A stretch of DNA of 64,000 nt. Source: Candidatus Woesearchaeota archaeon. Its GTDB lineage: Archaea; Nanobdellota; Nanobdellia; Woesearchaeales; SKIA01. The position numbers and the translations under genes were made by a program. Below, piece by piece: positions 42,079 to 50,750 of this stretch. The notes beneath the pieces are model-generated. The model was not told the DNA's origin, did not search any database, and saw nothing but the letters and a program-made list of their open reading frames with translations. Position 1 is the stretch's first letter. Every line of letters starts with the position of its first letter. The stretch lies in NCBI GenBank assembly GCA_046704725.1, contig JBJKRI010000005.1, forward strand, positions 209,579 to 273,578, in the 5' to 3' direction.

Positions 42079-42275
42079 TCCCGAGCCTCCAATTGCCAAT
42101 ACCGCAAGAGGTAGTGGAGGTCTCGACGGCCAATCTCGCTCACCAGCCACTGCACGCGATCGTTCTGATTGGCTATGATGATCGCTTCCGAAACCTGCTT
42201 GATGTACTCATCATGTGCCTTGATCGCTGCCTTGAGGCGATAGTTAACACTCTGCTCAACATTGCGGAACGTCAT
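42075..42275 (-). CDS. small hypothetical protein
   Basis: 66 aa; GGAGGT SD; ATGA overlaps on both sides. Confidence 0.6.
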   Translation of the reverse strand: MTFRNVEQSVNYRLKAAIKAHDEYIKQVSEAIIIANQNDRVQWLVSEIGRRDLHYLLRYWQLEARE

Positions 42276-42646
42276 CGCTCCACCTCCTCTTGGGAGGATT
42301 GAGTGGGAGTAGGTTTCCCGGGCAGTCCACCTACACCCAAGAAACTGCCGCGGGAAACCTGTCCCAAGGTGTCAACACATGGCATGTGCTGAGAGTGATG
42401 TCTGTGAGCGCGCTTAGCCATGGTCTTCTCAAGGCGGGCAGAGGTCCGTCGACCTGCAGCCTTTACCTTTTGGCCGGCTCCCAGAGCTATCACGACCCGC
42501 TCAGGCGTGAGTTCTTGGCGGATCTTTTGCCGCACCCACTTGGAAAATTCTCTGTCCGGCAGGTGCTTCTCTATCAGCTCCAGCTCCTTCGCGCCCAGGT
42601 ACACGCAGCGGCGGCGCTTGCTATTGGAAGGATTACGCCAGGTCAC
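42272..42646 (-). CDS. RHH-like DNA-binding protein
   Basis: RRRCVYL...ELIE....FSKWVRQKI; GGAGG SD. Confidence 0.55.
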   Translation of the reverse strand: MTWRNPSNSKRRRCVYLGAKELELIEKHLPDREFSKWVRQKIRQELTPERVVIALGAGQKVKAAGRRTSARLEKTMAKRAHRHHSQHMPCVDTLGQVSRGSFLGVGGLPGKPTPTQSSQEEVER

Positions 42647-42803
42647 AGCCTTCCTCCTTGAGCATGTCTGCGAGCTTTTTGCGTTCGAGCGGGTCAGTGA
42701 CGCCGAGCTTTTCCAGGATTGTTAGCAGAGGTACATCTCTCTCGATCAGGGCCCGTACTTGCTTGCGCAAGGCTGTCCGACTGAGTCTCTTGCGTTCCCT
42801 CAT
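42633..42803 (-). CDS. small basic helical protein (56 aa, not in ORF track)
   Basis: MRERKRLSRTALRKQVRALIERDVPLLTILEKLG...; GAGGTG SD; ATGA overlap. Confidence 0.6.
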   Translation of the reverse strand: MRERKRLSRTALRKQVRALIERDVPLLTILEKLGVTDPLERKKLADMLKEEGCDLA

Positions 42804-42940
42804 CCTTTCGCCACCTCGTCAAGATGTCGTCTCAGAGCAGCCCTGATGACTGCCGAGCGACTGACGCCTTCCTCGGCGCAAATCTTTTCGATCCAATGGT
42901 ACAGATCGTCCTCACAGACGAACCCGATCACCTGACTCAA
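42800..42940 (-). CDS. CopG-like ribbon-helix-helix protein (46 aa, not in ORF track)
   Basis: MSQVIGFVCEDDLYHWIEKICAEEGVSRSAVIRAALRRHL; TTG start with GGAGGTG SD. Confidence 0.75.
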   Translation of the reverse strand: MSQVIGFVCEDDLYHWIEKICAEEGVSRSAVIRAALRRHLDEVAKG

Positions 42941-43071
42941 TCGAACACCTCCTGGAGGCGTCGCTTCACGTAATGGCTCAGGCAGACGAAGCCCGCAAGT
43001 GATGCGAGCCTCCTGAGCTTACGATGCTCATCCGGAGTGAGCCGGATAGTGACCTTGTGTTCGCGAGTCAT
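42937..43071 (-). CDS. ribbon-helix-helix protein (44 aa, not in ORF track)
   Basis: MTREHKVTIRLTPDEHRKLRRLASLAGFVCLSHYVKRRL; TATA-like CTTAAAA ~25 nt upstream. Confidence 0.75.
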   Translation of the reverse strand: MTREHKVTIRLTPDEHRKLRRLASLAGFVCLSHYVKRRLQEVFD

Positions 43072-43338
43072 ACATTGCGCTCACGAGACGGCCCTTTTAA
43101 GCACTACTCAACAGTAAGTCCACTGTATTGCAAAGTGCTGTGAAATGGCCGAATTCTACGTCTGTGGGCTGCGTACCCTCGCTTCGAAGTTGCTAAGCTG
43201 TAACCATGGGCGGCTGACTTTCTTTCAAGGTGCAATAAGCTCAACGACGCCTTAGGACCGCCTCACGTCGGTATTTGAGCATCTCGAGTTAGGTCCAAAA
43301 AGCTGAATGTGATGTATGGAGGGTTCCATATTGTCACA

Positions 43339-43988
43339 TCAACGCCCACAGCGTGTCGATGAACTTGTCCGTATCTTGAAGTCCACAGATTTACCCAACT
43401 TCAGATCAATATCTGTAGTAAGTGTAACAAAGAAATATTCATCAGATTCTCTCGCACAGGCAAGCGCTTCTTTCTGCGGCTGCGTCAAATATAGTTTCTG
43501 ATTCGTGTTCTTGATTTCAACAAACACGGGTCTGACGCGAGTTACCTGCACGGCATCAAGAACTTCAGTCATTCCTTTACTATCTACATAGAAGACGCCG
43601 TCAGCTGCTACTCCTTTCACTTGGTACGCATACAGTAGCAGATCGGGTTCGCAGCGGATAACTTTTCATCAAAGTCCATGTCAGGGTTTAGAGCTTCCAA
43701 AACTACTTCTACTGAACTGTCAACGTCCTTAGGTATAAAGAAGACCCCTTCTGGTCTCTCGGTAATGTGTAGGGGTAGCTTTCGTGTGAAAATTGTTGTT
43801 CTGTACTGAACCGTTTCCACAGCGGCCGCGGGCGGCGCATGGGGCGATACAACCCAGCCGTCCCCCAGCCACTCCGCAATTAGATCAGCTACTTTCTCCA
43901 CAAAGATTCTGGCGAGCTTCTCGGCAATGACTCCTTGCAGGTTGTTCGCGATGCCCTGTGTGATCGGGATCTTCACCTCAGAACTCAT
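43339..43988 (-). pseudogene. PD-(D/E)xK nuclease, frameshifted near 43665
   Basis: adding one A to the A4 run joins QG.IAE... to KVIRCEPDLLL...VFVEIK...LTQPQ. Confidence 0.65.
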
Positions 43989-44364
43989 CGTCATCTCCGT
44001 AAATATCATCCAGATCCCTGCGAACTGCCTCGGAGATCGCCTGCACTGTTTCTTTGAGCTTGTTGTCTACGTTCCAGTTCGGAACACGTATTGTGTCGTA
44101 GCCGTCTTCATGGCTGTAGTGGGTGCGGTCAATATCGGAAAGGAGTTGTCGACTTGAAGGATGGTGGCTTCCGTCGACCTCGATGTCGAAGCCTCCGACT
44201 TCCTCGTCGTCATCATCGTACAGGATGATTCTGATGTCGATGGTCTTGTGGCCGTCGTGGTATTGCGGAAGCACCTCAAGCACGCCCTCTCTGTACTCAG
44301 CGTAGAGTTCTTTGCGTAGCGCTGCACACAATTTCTTCTCTTGAGGGGTAGCTTGGCCTGTCAC
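43978..44364 (-). CDS. DUF559/Vsr-like endonuclease
   Basis: TPQEKKL, Q...IDI, IEVDGSHH, D..R.....GY.TIR..N. Confidence 0.8.
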   Translation of the reverse strand: MTGQATPQEKKLCAALRKELYAEYREGVLEVLPQYHDGHKTIDIRIILYDDDDEEVGGFDIEVDGSHHPSSRQLLSDIDRTHYSHEDGYDTIRVPNWNVDNKLKETVQAISEAVRRDLDDIYGDDDEF

Positions 44365-45215
44365 TATCTCACCTTGATGTTCTTTTCTTTTAGAACTTTC
44401 ATTTGACGGTCAATTTCTTCTTCGAAGATCTTCCATCGGAATATCTTACGAAGGACATAGTCTGCGACTGGAGTGATCGAAGGCTGGTCCTGTACGAGCT
44501 CGATGAATTCAATCTCCCCGGTGGCTATCGCTTGTACACTACCCTGTCCTTTGCGAGGGTTCTTGAGCTGGAGCTTTAAGAAGCGATCATCACCAACAAA
44601 TTCTATGAGGCGGGCTACGAACTTGTTCTTGCGATTTCTAAGTTTAATCTTGACAACCGCGCCCTGTTGATGTAGCGTAACAAGGCGGGCCCACTTGCTG
44701 AGAACCAAGACGTCCAACCATAGGAGCGCGACTATGGCCCATGCGGGCGGGTTGATCATCAGCATTCCAATGTTTGCCAACCAGAAGATGTGCTTGAAGT
44801 CGCCAAAATTGGCGATTTTTGCGCCGAACAGGATAAATGATCCATCAGCAAAACTCGCAGCGGCAGCTCGCATGCGCTTGTCGAGCCCCTCAAGCACCAT
44901 GTATAATGCAATGAGCAGCAAGACGTACATCCACGGCGCCCCAGACTGCAGAACTCCTTGCAGCCAGGGCCAGATCGTAACGACCCAGCCTACGATTAGG
45001 GCTGGAAGAAGGACGAAGGACGTAAGGAAGTGCAATCCCTGGTATATCTTGGCGTTGCGCCCTTCTTTCATATTTTGATACTGCCAGCTATTTGCTGTCA
45101 TTATCGAACCAAAATAGTACAGCACACCTACGAAGCCTGTGAGCGCAGTTACCAGCAGAACGGGATTGGCAAGTACTTGATCCAGCGCGTGATTAAACAG
45201 CTCCCCAACGACCAT
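44364..45215 (-). CDS. multi-pass membrane protein with soluble C-terminal domain
   Basis: about 5 TM helices; stop overlaps the next start. Confidence 0.75.
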   Translation of the reverse strand: MVVGELFNHALDQVLANPVLLVTALTGFVGVLYYFGSIMTANSWQYQNMKEGRNAKIYQGLHFLTSFVLLPALIVGWVVTIWPWLQGVLQSGAPWMYVLLLIALYMVLEGLDKRMRAAAASFADGSFILFGAKIANFGDFKHIFWLANIGMLMINPPAWAIVALLWLDVLVLSKWARLVTLHQQGAVVKIKLRNRKNKFVARLIEFVGDDRFLKLQLKNPRKGQGSVQAIATGEIEFIELVQDQPSITPVADYVLRKIFRWKIFEEEIDRQMKVLKEKNIKVR

Positions 45216-45265
45216 GGGGGAATAAATGAGACAGGTGACTTATAAGCGATTTGTTGCTCAGAATC

Positions 45266-45616
45266 TCAATCTTCGCTGTTATCCTCGAGCAATTGAGCGT
45301 TTGGGAAGCGCTGTTCCAACTCTGCCAACCCCCCGAAGATCTCGGTGAATGCTGACCTGAGAGACTGAAGGTTTGCCTCAGGGTTGCCAACTTGAAAGTG
45401 AATCCGCTGCACGTGTTGCTTCGAACTGTGACCGCCACCACTGAGAACGCGAATGTCTGCTTTCCCACTCTTGCCACTCACTGTGGTTACTGTGAGATCA
45501 AAATCAACATTACCGATAACAGAGTAACCCTCAGGAAGACCCTCAGCGATCTCCGCCAAGCTCTGGGACACAAAGTCCTTGATGGGACTTCCTTTCTCCG
45601 AACCGTTATTTGGCAT
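45266..45616 (-). CDS. Trypco2-like small protein
   Basis: IKDFV..SL.EI.EG...VDFDLTVT...G...I.V..GG......QRIHF.V pattern. Confidence 0.5.
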   Translation of the reverse strand: MPNNGSEKGSPIKDFVSQSLAEIAEGLPEGYSVIGNVDFDLTVTTVSGKSGKADIRVLSGGGHSSKQHVQRIHFQVGNPEANLQSLRSAFTEIFGGLAELEQRFPNAQLLEDNSED

Positions 45617-45758
45617 GCGAGGATGTAGTGAATAAATATTCTATAAATCCAGTGGATTTGGTTGGAGTACGGCAGGGTTTCTGGTGAGGCAGCAGGAGGT
45701 TTAAATCAGCACTACAGGAACTTTGGTACTGTGGCTCAGCGATCCCCTGGTTAAGCCG

Positions 45759-48317
45759 CTAATACGGAATCTCCACTTTCTCCAGTTCCTCCTCGACTTC
45801 GTTGATGAAGGGACTTGGCGACTGTTTCAAGGTGTAGATGTACACGTTCCTCTTCGCTCGGGTCAGTGCAACGTAGAACAGCCTGCGTTCTTCCTCAAGC
45901 TTATCATGTTGCCCCATTTTGCCTGCTGGCTCGAATATCTCCTGGCGTTCAAGGAGACATGGAAAGCCGTATACATCATCGTCCACATTGAGGATAAACA
46001 CATGTTCGGCTTCGAGCCCTTTACTCTTGTGAACACTCATTAGCCGCACAGCGCCTGGTGTCAGTTTGTCAGTCGCAAGCCTGATTCCTCTGGCCTTTGC
46101 TGCTTGCTTGAGCGGGTTTATCAGTGGCGGGCATTGCATTATCCGGCGAAGAATCATAATCTGCTCAGGTCGCACACCTGAATCGATGAGTCCTCGGATT
46201 GTATCCATACAGTGGGTTGCTGTCTGGGTGAAGTACTGCTTCTTGAACTTGGGTTGATGGAGAAGCACGTTCGTAAGGATTCTTCCTGGAGTGTCTGTGG
46301 TTGCACGGACGTTCTTGCGGATTTGAGCATCACCATTGTGGCTAATCACTGCCTGGCCGATTTCAACTATCTCCGGGCTGCTTCGATAATTACTCTCAAG
46401 AATGGTAACTGCAGGATCTGGAAAGTGCTTTTCGAAGTGGACGAAGTACTCTGGCTCGGCTCCTGAGAATCCCATTATGCTCTGCCAGTCATCTCCCACA
46501 CAGAAGAGTTTACATCCGTCGTTTTTGGATCTCAAAGCTTTGATGAGTTCGTATCGTTGAGGACTGATGTCCTGGTACTCGTCAATTAAGATGTGATCAA
46601 ACTCATCGCGAAGGAGCCTGGGGTTCTTCTTCAACGCAGCAGTGGCCTGGTTAATCATGTCTCCGAAGTCAATCTCATTACGCTTCCGAAGGAGCTTTTG
46701 GTACTCCCGATAAACAGGCAAGGCGATCTCACAAAACAGCAGCTGCTTCTCTGAAAAGGACTCATTATTGAGGCGTTCCTGAATCTGCTTCGGAGTATTT
46801 CCATGTGTCTTTGCGATGTTGATAAACTGTGTCAGGTGCCTGGGTATCGCACCACGGGTCGCTTTGGCGGAATCCCACACCTTCTCGACAGCCTCCTCGT
46901 ACGGAATCGGTCTGATCTGACCTTTGTAACCTCGCTTCTTGAGAGCAGTGGTTAGTCGAGACTCCAAGCGTTCCAAGAGTTCACCCTCTTCCCAATCTTC
47001 TTGTGATGTCTCCACGAGAGCATACTTGGTCTGTTCGTTGAACTTAGCGATTTTGAGCTGCATTGCGGCCTTGTATTCCTCAGTCGAGATGCTAAACCAC
47101 TCCGGAACTCGCTTTCTTTTCCCTAACGCCCAATGCTCAATATAGATGTCAAACTCAGGAAGGAAGAAGTCCGGCTGCGGTACCTGGGCTTCTCCATTCT
47201 TCTCATACTTCATCCAATCAGCCTTCTCCTCGTAGAGTAGCTTCACGTCTGACCCGTCAATCCTGTGAGTGTACAAGTAGTTGTAAATTGCCTGCTCGCT
47301 GCGGCTCTTCACGTTCTTTCCGTCCAGAGTCTGATAGCGCATTGAGCGCATATACTCATAATAGTCCTGTTTCGTGGAGAAGTCTACAGGAAGCTTCTCG
47401 TCATTCCCAGAGACTTGGAGATAGTCGAGAACTGCTCGCTGGAAAGACTTGTTCCTCAAGAGCATTTCAAAGACAAGTTGCACCTGCCGAGAACCGGAGA
47501 CCTCCGTATCATTGCCTGTAGAACAAACGCTCGGCGGCGTCCCGCCCTCCTCCATAGCGATTGTCCTCAGGATCGAGTTGCCGAGAGAATGGAACGTCTT
47601 AACCTGAACCTTTACGCCATACCGTTGGAAGAGGCGCTCCTGCATCTCTTCTGCGGCCTTGTTCTGGAAGGCCAAAGCCAGTATCCGCTCTGGCTCGATC
47701 TTGTCTGTACGCTGCAGCAAATAGCCTATCCGGGTTACAAGCACCTCTGTCTTGCCTGAACCTGCGCCTGCTACGACGAGGTTGTTCTCATCATCCACAA
47801 TTACCGCGGTCTGCTGCTGATCATCCAGGCTGAACTTACCCTTACGAAACAGATGCGAGTAGTCCTGCTTACGTGCTGCGACAAAGTGCAAGTTATACTG
47901 CCTAACTCGCTTGGAAAGCTCCTTTGCCACCGTTACGACCTGCTGAATCTCGGCATCCAAGTCCGGCTTTTCTTCCTCCAGCTGCCGGAGGAAGCGTCCG
48001 AGCGCACCTATGCTTGTCTCAAAGAAATTTCTTTTCGAGGTCGTCAGGTATGTGCAGCCTGCCGCAAAATTCTGCCAAATACCATCTATTTTCTTAGGAG
48101 TCCCCCCAAGGAGAGCGACGAACTTGCCTCTACACTCATCGAGTTCGCTCGCTGATGTCTGGTACTGTGCATGGCGCGCACGTAGCTTATCACGACCACC
48201 AGGAATCACAATAAGCAGCCAGGACCACCACCGGTACCGTTTTGCTCGGCTAAAATCGACCTCGGCCTCCTTGAGTTCGCGATATGACTGTTCTAAGGGT
48301 GCCAGGAAGGTGAACAT
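45759..48317 (-). CDS. UvrD-family helicase (helicase IV-like) with inserted nuclease-like domain and N-terminal hydrophobic segment
   Basis: AGAGSGKT, DEYQD, GDDWQSI, SVHKSKGLE, EERRLFYVALTRAK; insert KSRSE..I.NYL...YE...PDFFL....IYIEHW. Confidence 0.9.
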   Translation of the reverse strand: MFTFLAPLEQSYRELKEAEVDFSRAKRYRWWSWLLIVIPGGRDKLRARHAQYQTSASELDECRGKFVALLGGTPKKIDGIWQNFAAGCTYLTTSKRNFFETSIGALGRFLRQLEEEKPDLDAEIQQVVTVAKELSKRVRQYNLHFVAARKQDYSHLFRKGKFSLDDQQQTAVIVDDENNLVVAGAGSGKTEVLVTRIGYLLQRTDKIEPERILALAFQNKAAEEMQERLFQRYGVKVQVKTFHSLGNSILRTIAMEEGGTPPSVCSTGNDTEVSGSRQVQLVFEMLLRNKSFQRAVLDYLQVSGNDEKLPVDFSTKQDYYEYMRSMRYQTLDGKNVKSRSEQAIYNYLYTHRIDGSDVKLLYEEKADWMKYEKNGEAQVPQPDFFLPEFDIYIEHWALGKRKRVPEWFSISTEEYKAAMQLKIAKFNEQTKYALVETSQEDWEEGELLERLESRLTTALKKRGYKGQIRPIPYEEAVEKVWDSAKATRGAIPRHLTQFINIAKTHGNTPKQIQERLNNESFSEKQLLFCEIALPVYREYQKLLRKRNEIDFGDMINQATAALKKNPRLLRDEFDHILIDEYQDISPQRYELIKALRSKNDGCKLFCVGDDWQSIMGFSGAEPEYFVHFEKHFPDPAVTILESNYRSSPEIVEIGQAVISHNGDAQIRKNVRATTDTPGRILTNVLLHQPKFKKQYFTQTATHCMDTIRGLIDSGVRPEQIMILRRIMQCPPLINPLKQAAKARGIRLATDKLTPGAVRLMSVHKSKGLEAEHVFILNVDDDVYGFPCLLERQEIFEPAGKMGQHDKLEEERRLFYVALTRAKRNVYIYTLKQSPSPFINEVEEELEKVEIPY

Positions 48318-48470
48318 GGTCTACTTCTCTGTGGATTCATATATAAACATACCAAAGGATGAAGCCTTTTTCTACCTGCTCATTCCTGTTTGGTTTCTCG
48401 AAACTCTTAAAGCCGAGTGCTACTGTTCACGTCCACAGATCAGGGGTATAAACCATACCGCCCGCGCACT

Positions 48471-48485
48471 TCCCGGCGGGGGCAT
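48471..48485 (+). repeat. attR core TCCCGGCGGGGGCAT
   Basis: exact duplicate of the tRNA-Glu 3' end. Confidence 0.88.
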
Positions 48486-48520
48486 GGCGTGTTCTTGGCG
48501 CTGGAATGAATGTGCGGTCC

Positions 48521-49252
48521 TCACGACACTTCTGTCACTGCCAACACCCGTTCCGCGGGGATATTTCGCCTGACCACCTGTTCAATCGAGAACCTAAATG
48601 GGTGCCTGTACTCCTTGTCGAATCGTTCCATTACCCTTCTCTCCTCCGAGAAATCCATCTCAAGCCGGTCGAGTCCGAGGTTTGCGAAGTAGTCTCGTTC
48701 AGCCTGACGCAAAGTCTCGCTGCCCAGCGATATGTATTCCCGTATGGTCCGAAGGTAGGACCCGTCGAGCGGTACCTGGAACCTCATCGTCCCGGTATGC
48801 AACCATGACGCTGGGACAGATGCTGTGACCACCACAGATCCGCTGGCGTTCCTGTGCACGACAGTGGCAAGAGCGATCGAGACATGCCTGCGGAACGCCT
48901 CGTTCTTGGGTGATTCCGGAACCATGTCCAGAATCTTCTCGTAAGCCTCTTTCAGGCAGTAATCGAGTTCAGAAAAGCTGGACTGTTCCAACGTCCATAT
49001 GCGTGCGAGGCCGAAATCGTCGACGAAGCTGATCATCCTTCCAAGAGCATGATTCAAACCCAATCGATTGTCGGCGATATCACGAACTCCTCGTCGCGTG
49101 TCCTCTGAAGCCTCGAACTGTAGCCGCTCTCTTAAGATAGTACGGAGAAGATAGGTCTCATGCCTCGCCGCTCGCGGGCGGAAGCCCTCAGCTTGGATTC
49201 TCTCGGCCCGCCAACTGCTCGTGCCATGATAGAGGATGCGCTCCTCGTCCAT
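48521..49252 (-). CDS. putative ADP-ribosyltransferase-fold protein
   Basis: N-terminal LYHGTS......I..EGF, ISF.DD...A, C-terminal IP.E.V. Confidence 0.5.
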   Translation of the reverse strand: MDEERILYHGTSSWRAERIQAEGFRPRAARHETYLLRTILRERLQFEASEDTRRGVRDIADNRLGLNHALGRMISFVDDFGLARIWTLEQSSFSELDYCLKEAYEKILDMVPESPKNEAFRRHVSIALATVVHRNASGSVVVTASVPASWLHTGTMRFQVPLDGSYLRTIREYISLGSETLRQAERDYFANLGLDRLEMDFSEERRVMERFDKEYRHPFRFSIEQVVRRNIPAERVLAVTEVS

Positions 49253-49273
49253 ACTCGCACAGTTACTGGATGG

Positions 49274-49648
49274 TTATTTATGCTTTCGTACCACGAGGTC
49301 CGCGATGCTGCGCGAGATCTTTCTGAAGGTCTCCAGGTCCCTATCTCTCCAAACGCCATGGCCGAAATGACGATCTGCGATGCGCAGGTGCGGGCGCAGG
49401 TACGACGCCCAATCCGTACGCGGTATGCCCACCACGATCGGCACCTCGCCGTGCAGATTGTCACGGAGGAGATCGTGCTCGTATTCCTCGTCGAGAGGGA
49501 GGAAATACTTCACTCGCTCGGTCAGATACCCATCCGCGTACAACCCGCTCCGGCAGCCTCTGTCAGCGAGCATCTGACGCGCGTAGATCGCGAACGGCTC
49601 GATGTTGTTCGGAGCGTCCGACGTGAGATGGACGATGTCGCACTTCAT
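49274..49648 (-). CDS. hypothetical protein
   Basis: 124-aa ORF co-oriented with its neighbours. Confidence 0.5.
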   Translation of the reverse strand: MKCDIVHLTSDAPNNIEPFAIYARQMLADRGCRSGLYADGYLTERVKYFLPLDEEYEHDLLRDNLHGEVPIVVGIPRTDWASYLRPHLRIADRHFGHGVWRDRDLETFRKISRSIADLVVRKHK

Positions 49649-49822
49649 GGGATGCGTGAGGCTTGGCTGTTGAAGATTCTGCCCGTGACATTATTGGAAA
49701 TACTGCACGCAGGATGGAGAGCTTACGAAGTTATGGGCTCCGACGGGTTGTACGAGGAGTGATGAATACAAAGCGTCTGCCGTGGTACGGGACTCTAGAG
49801 GACGGGAAGCCTAATCGCTACG

Positions 49823-50228
49823 CTAGTGATCCGCTTCGTGTCCGCGCATCCATCCTCTTATCTGTTCGACGCTCGGATAGCACGCATCCACGAGCTTCAG
49901 CTTTTCTGGACTGTTCTCATACATCTTCCGGTGGGCTTTGGCCGCGACGAGCGCCTGCTTTCCATAACCACGCCCACTTCTCGAGGTACGATCTCTTCTT
50001 GTAGGATATCTGATGCCCGAGCTCGTGGGAGATGATGCCGATGATTGCAGCGGTCTCCAGTCCGTGCTCATTCATCGAGACGATGTTGAGATGGACATCA
50101 CCGGTGAACGGAGAACTATACCCGCCGGATCCTGTGTCCGCGAGAACAAGATGCGTGCGTCCCGCCAGCTCCGGATAGCTTTCCCTTACCATGTTGCCGA
50201 ACAATTCCTGAAGACGCCGACGGTCCAT
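49823..50228 (-). pseudogene. HExxH metallopeptidase-like gene, apparently internally deleted/frameshifted
   Basis: GIISHELGH in one frame; the natural-looking tail RGYGKQALV...YPSVEQI is in another frame. Confidence 0.45.
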
Positions 50229-50330
50229 GCGTTATTTGCTGTGACATGGATTCATAATCCTTCCTCATCCGAACGATGCATCGGTGCCACCGATGCAAAC
50301 CGTTATAACCGATTGCTTTCGTGACGCGAT

Positions 50331-50750
50331 ATGGTCTCGTTCGCGTACAGCACCGTCACGCTCTTCGCGGAGGTCATCGTCACCTCCATCGTCTTGTACG
50401 TGTTCTACGAAGCGTACAGCAGGCACGTCTTCCACAAGTGGCTCGTCGCCGGGGCGCTGACGTACGAGGTGCTCTTCAACATCAGCTACATGGTGATCAG
50501 CAGCGTGCAGCACGTGGCGACAGACACCGGCGGTGACACCGCGCTCCAAGAGATCCTCGCGATCGCGCACGGAACGCTGTCCCTTATCATGTTCGTGGCG
50601 CTCATCGTCTATCTTGTCCTGGCGTGGCGCGGTTACAACAAGGGACGGAACTATTTCCGCGAGCACAAGGCGCTCACCTGGACGTTCGTCATCTTCTGGC
50701 TGCTCGCCATCCTGAGCGGGATCGTGTTCTACTTCGTCATCTACTTCTAA
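50331..50750 (+). CDS. 4-TM membrane protein (DUF420-like)
   Basis: four TM helices; conserved-looking H..LS and H...W..AILSG..FY. Confidence 0.65.
   Translation: MVSFAYSTVTLFAEVIVTSIVLYVFYEAYSRHVFHKWLVAGALTYEVLFNISYMVISSVQHVATDTGGDTALQEILAIAHGTLSLIMFVALIVYLVLAWRGYNKGRNYFREHKALTWTFVIFWLLAILSGIVFYFVIYF

Larger units (their letters stand above)
30274..48485. mobile_element. tRNA-Glu-integrated element/defence island, ~18.2 kb
   Basis: 15-bp direct repeat at both ends, integrase next to the tRNA, visibly lower GC, RHH/HTH module, nuclease cargo. Confidence 0.88.

Noticed and set aside
30274-48485. Provirus interpretation of the island
   Set aside because: No recognisable capsid, terminase, portal or packaging ATPase; a highly divergent virus cannot be fully excluded.
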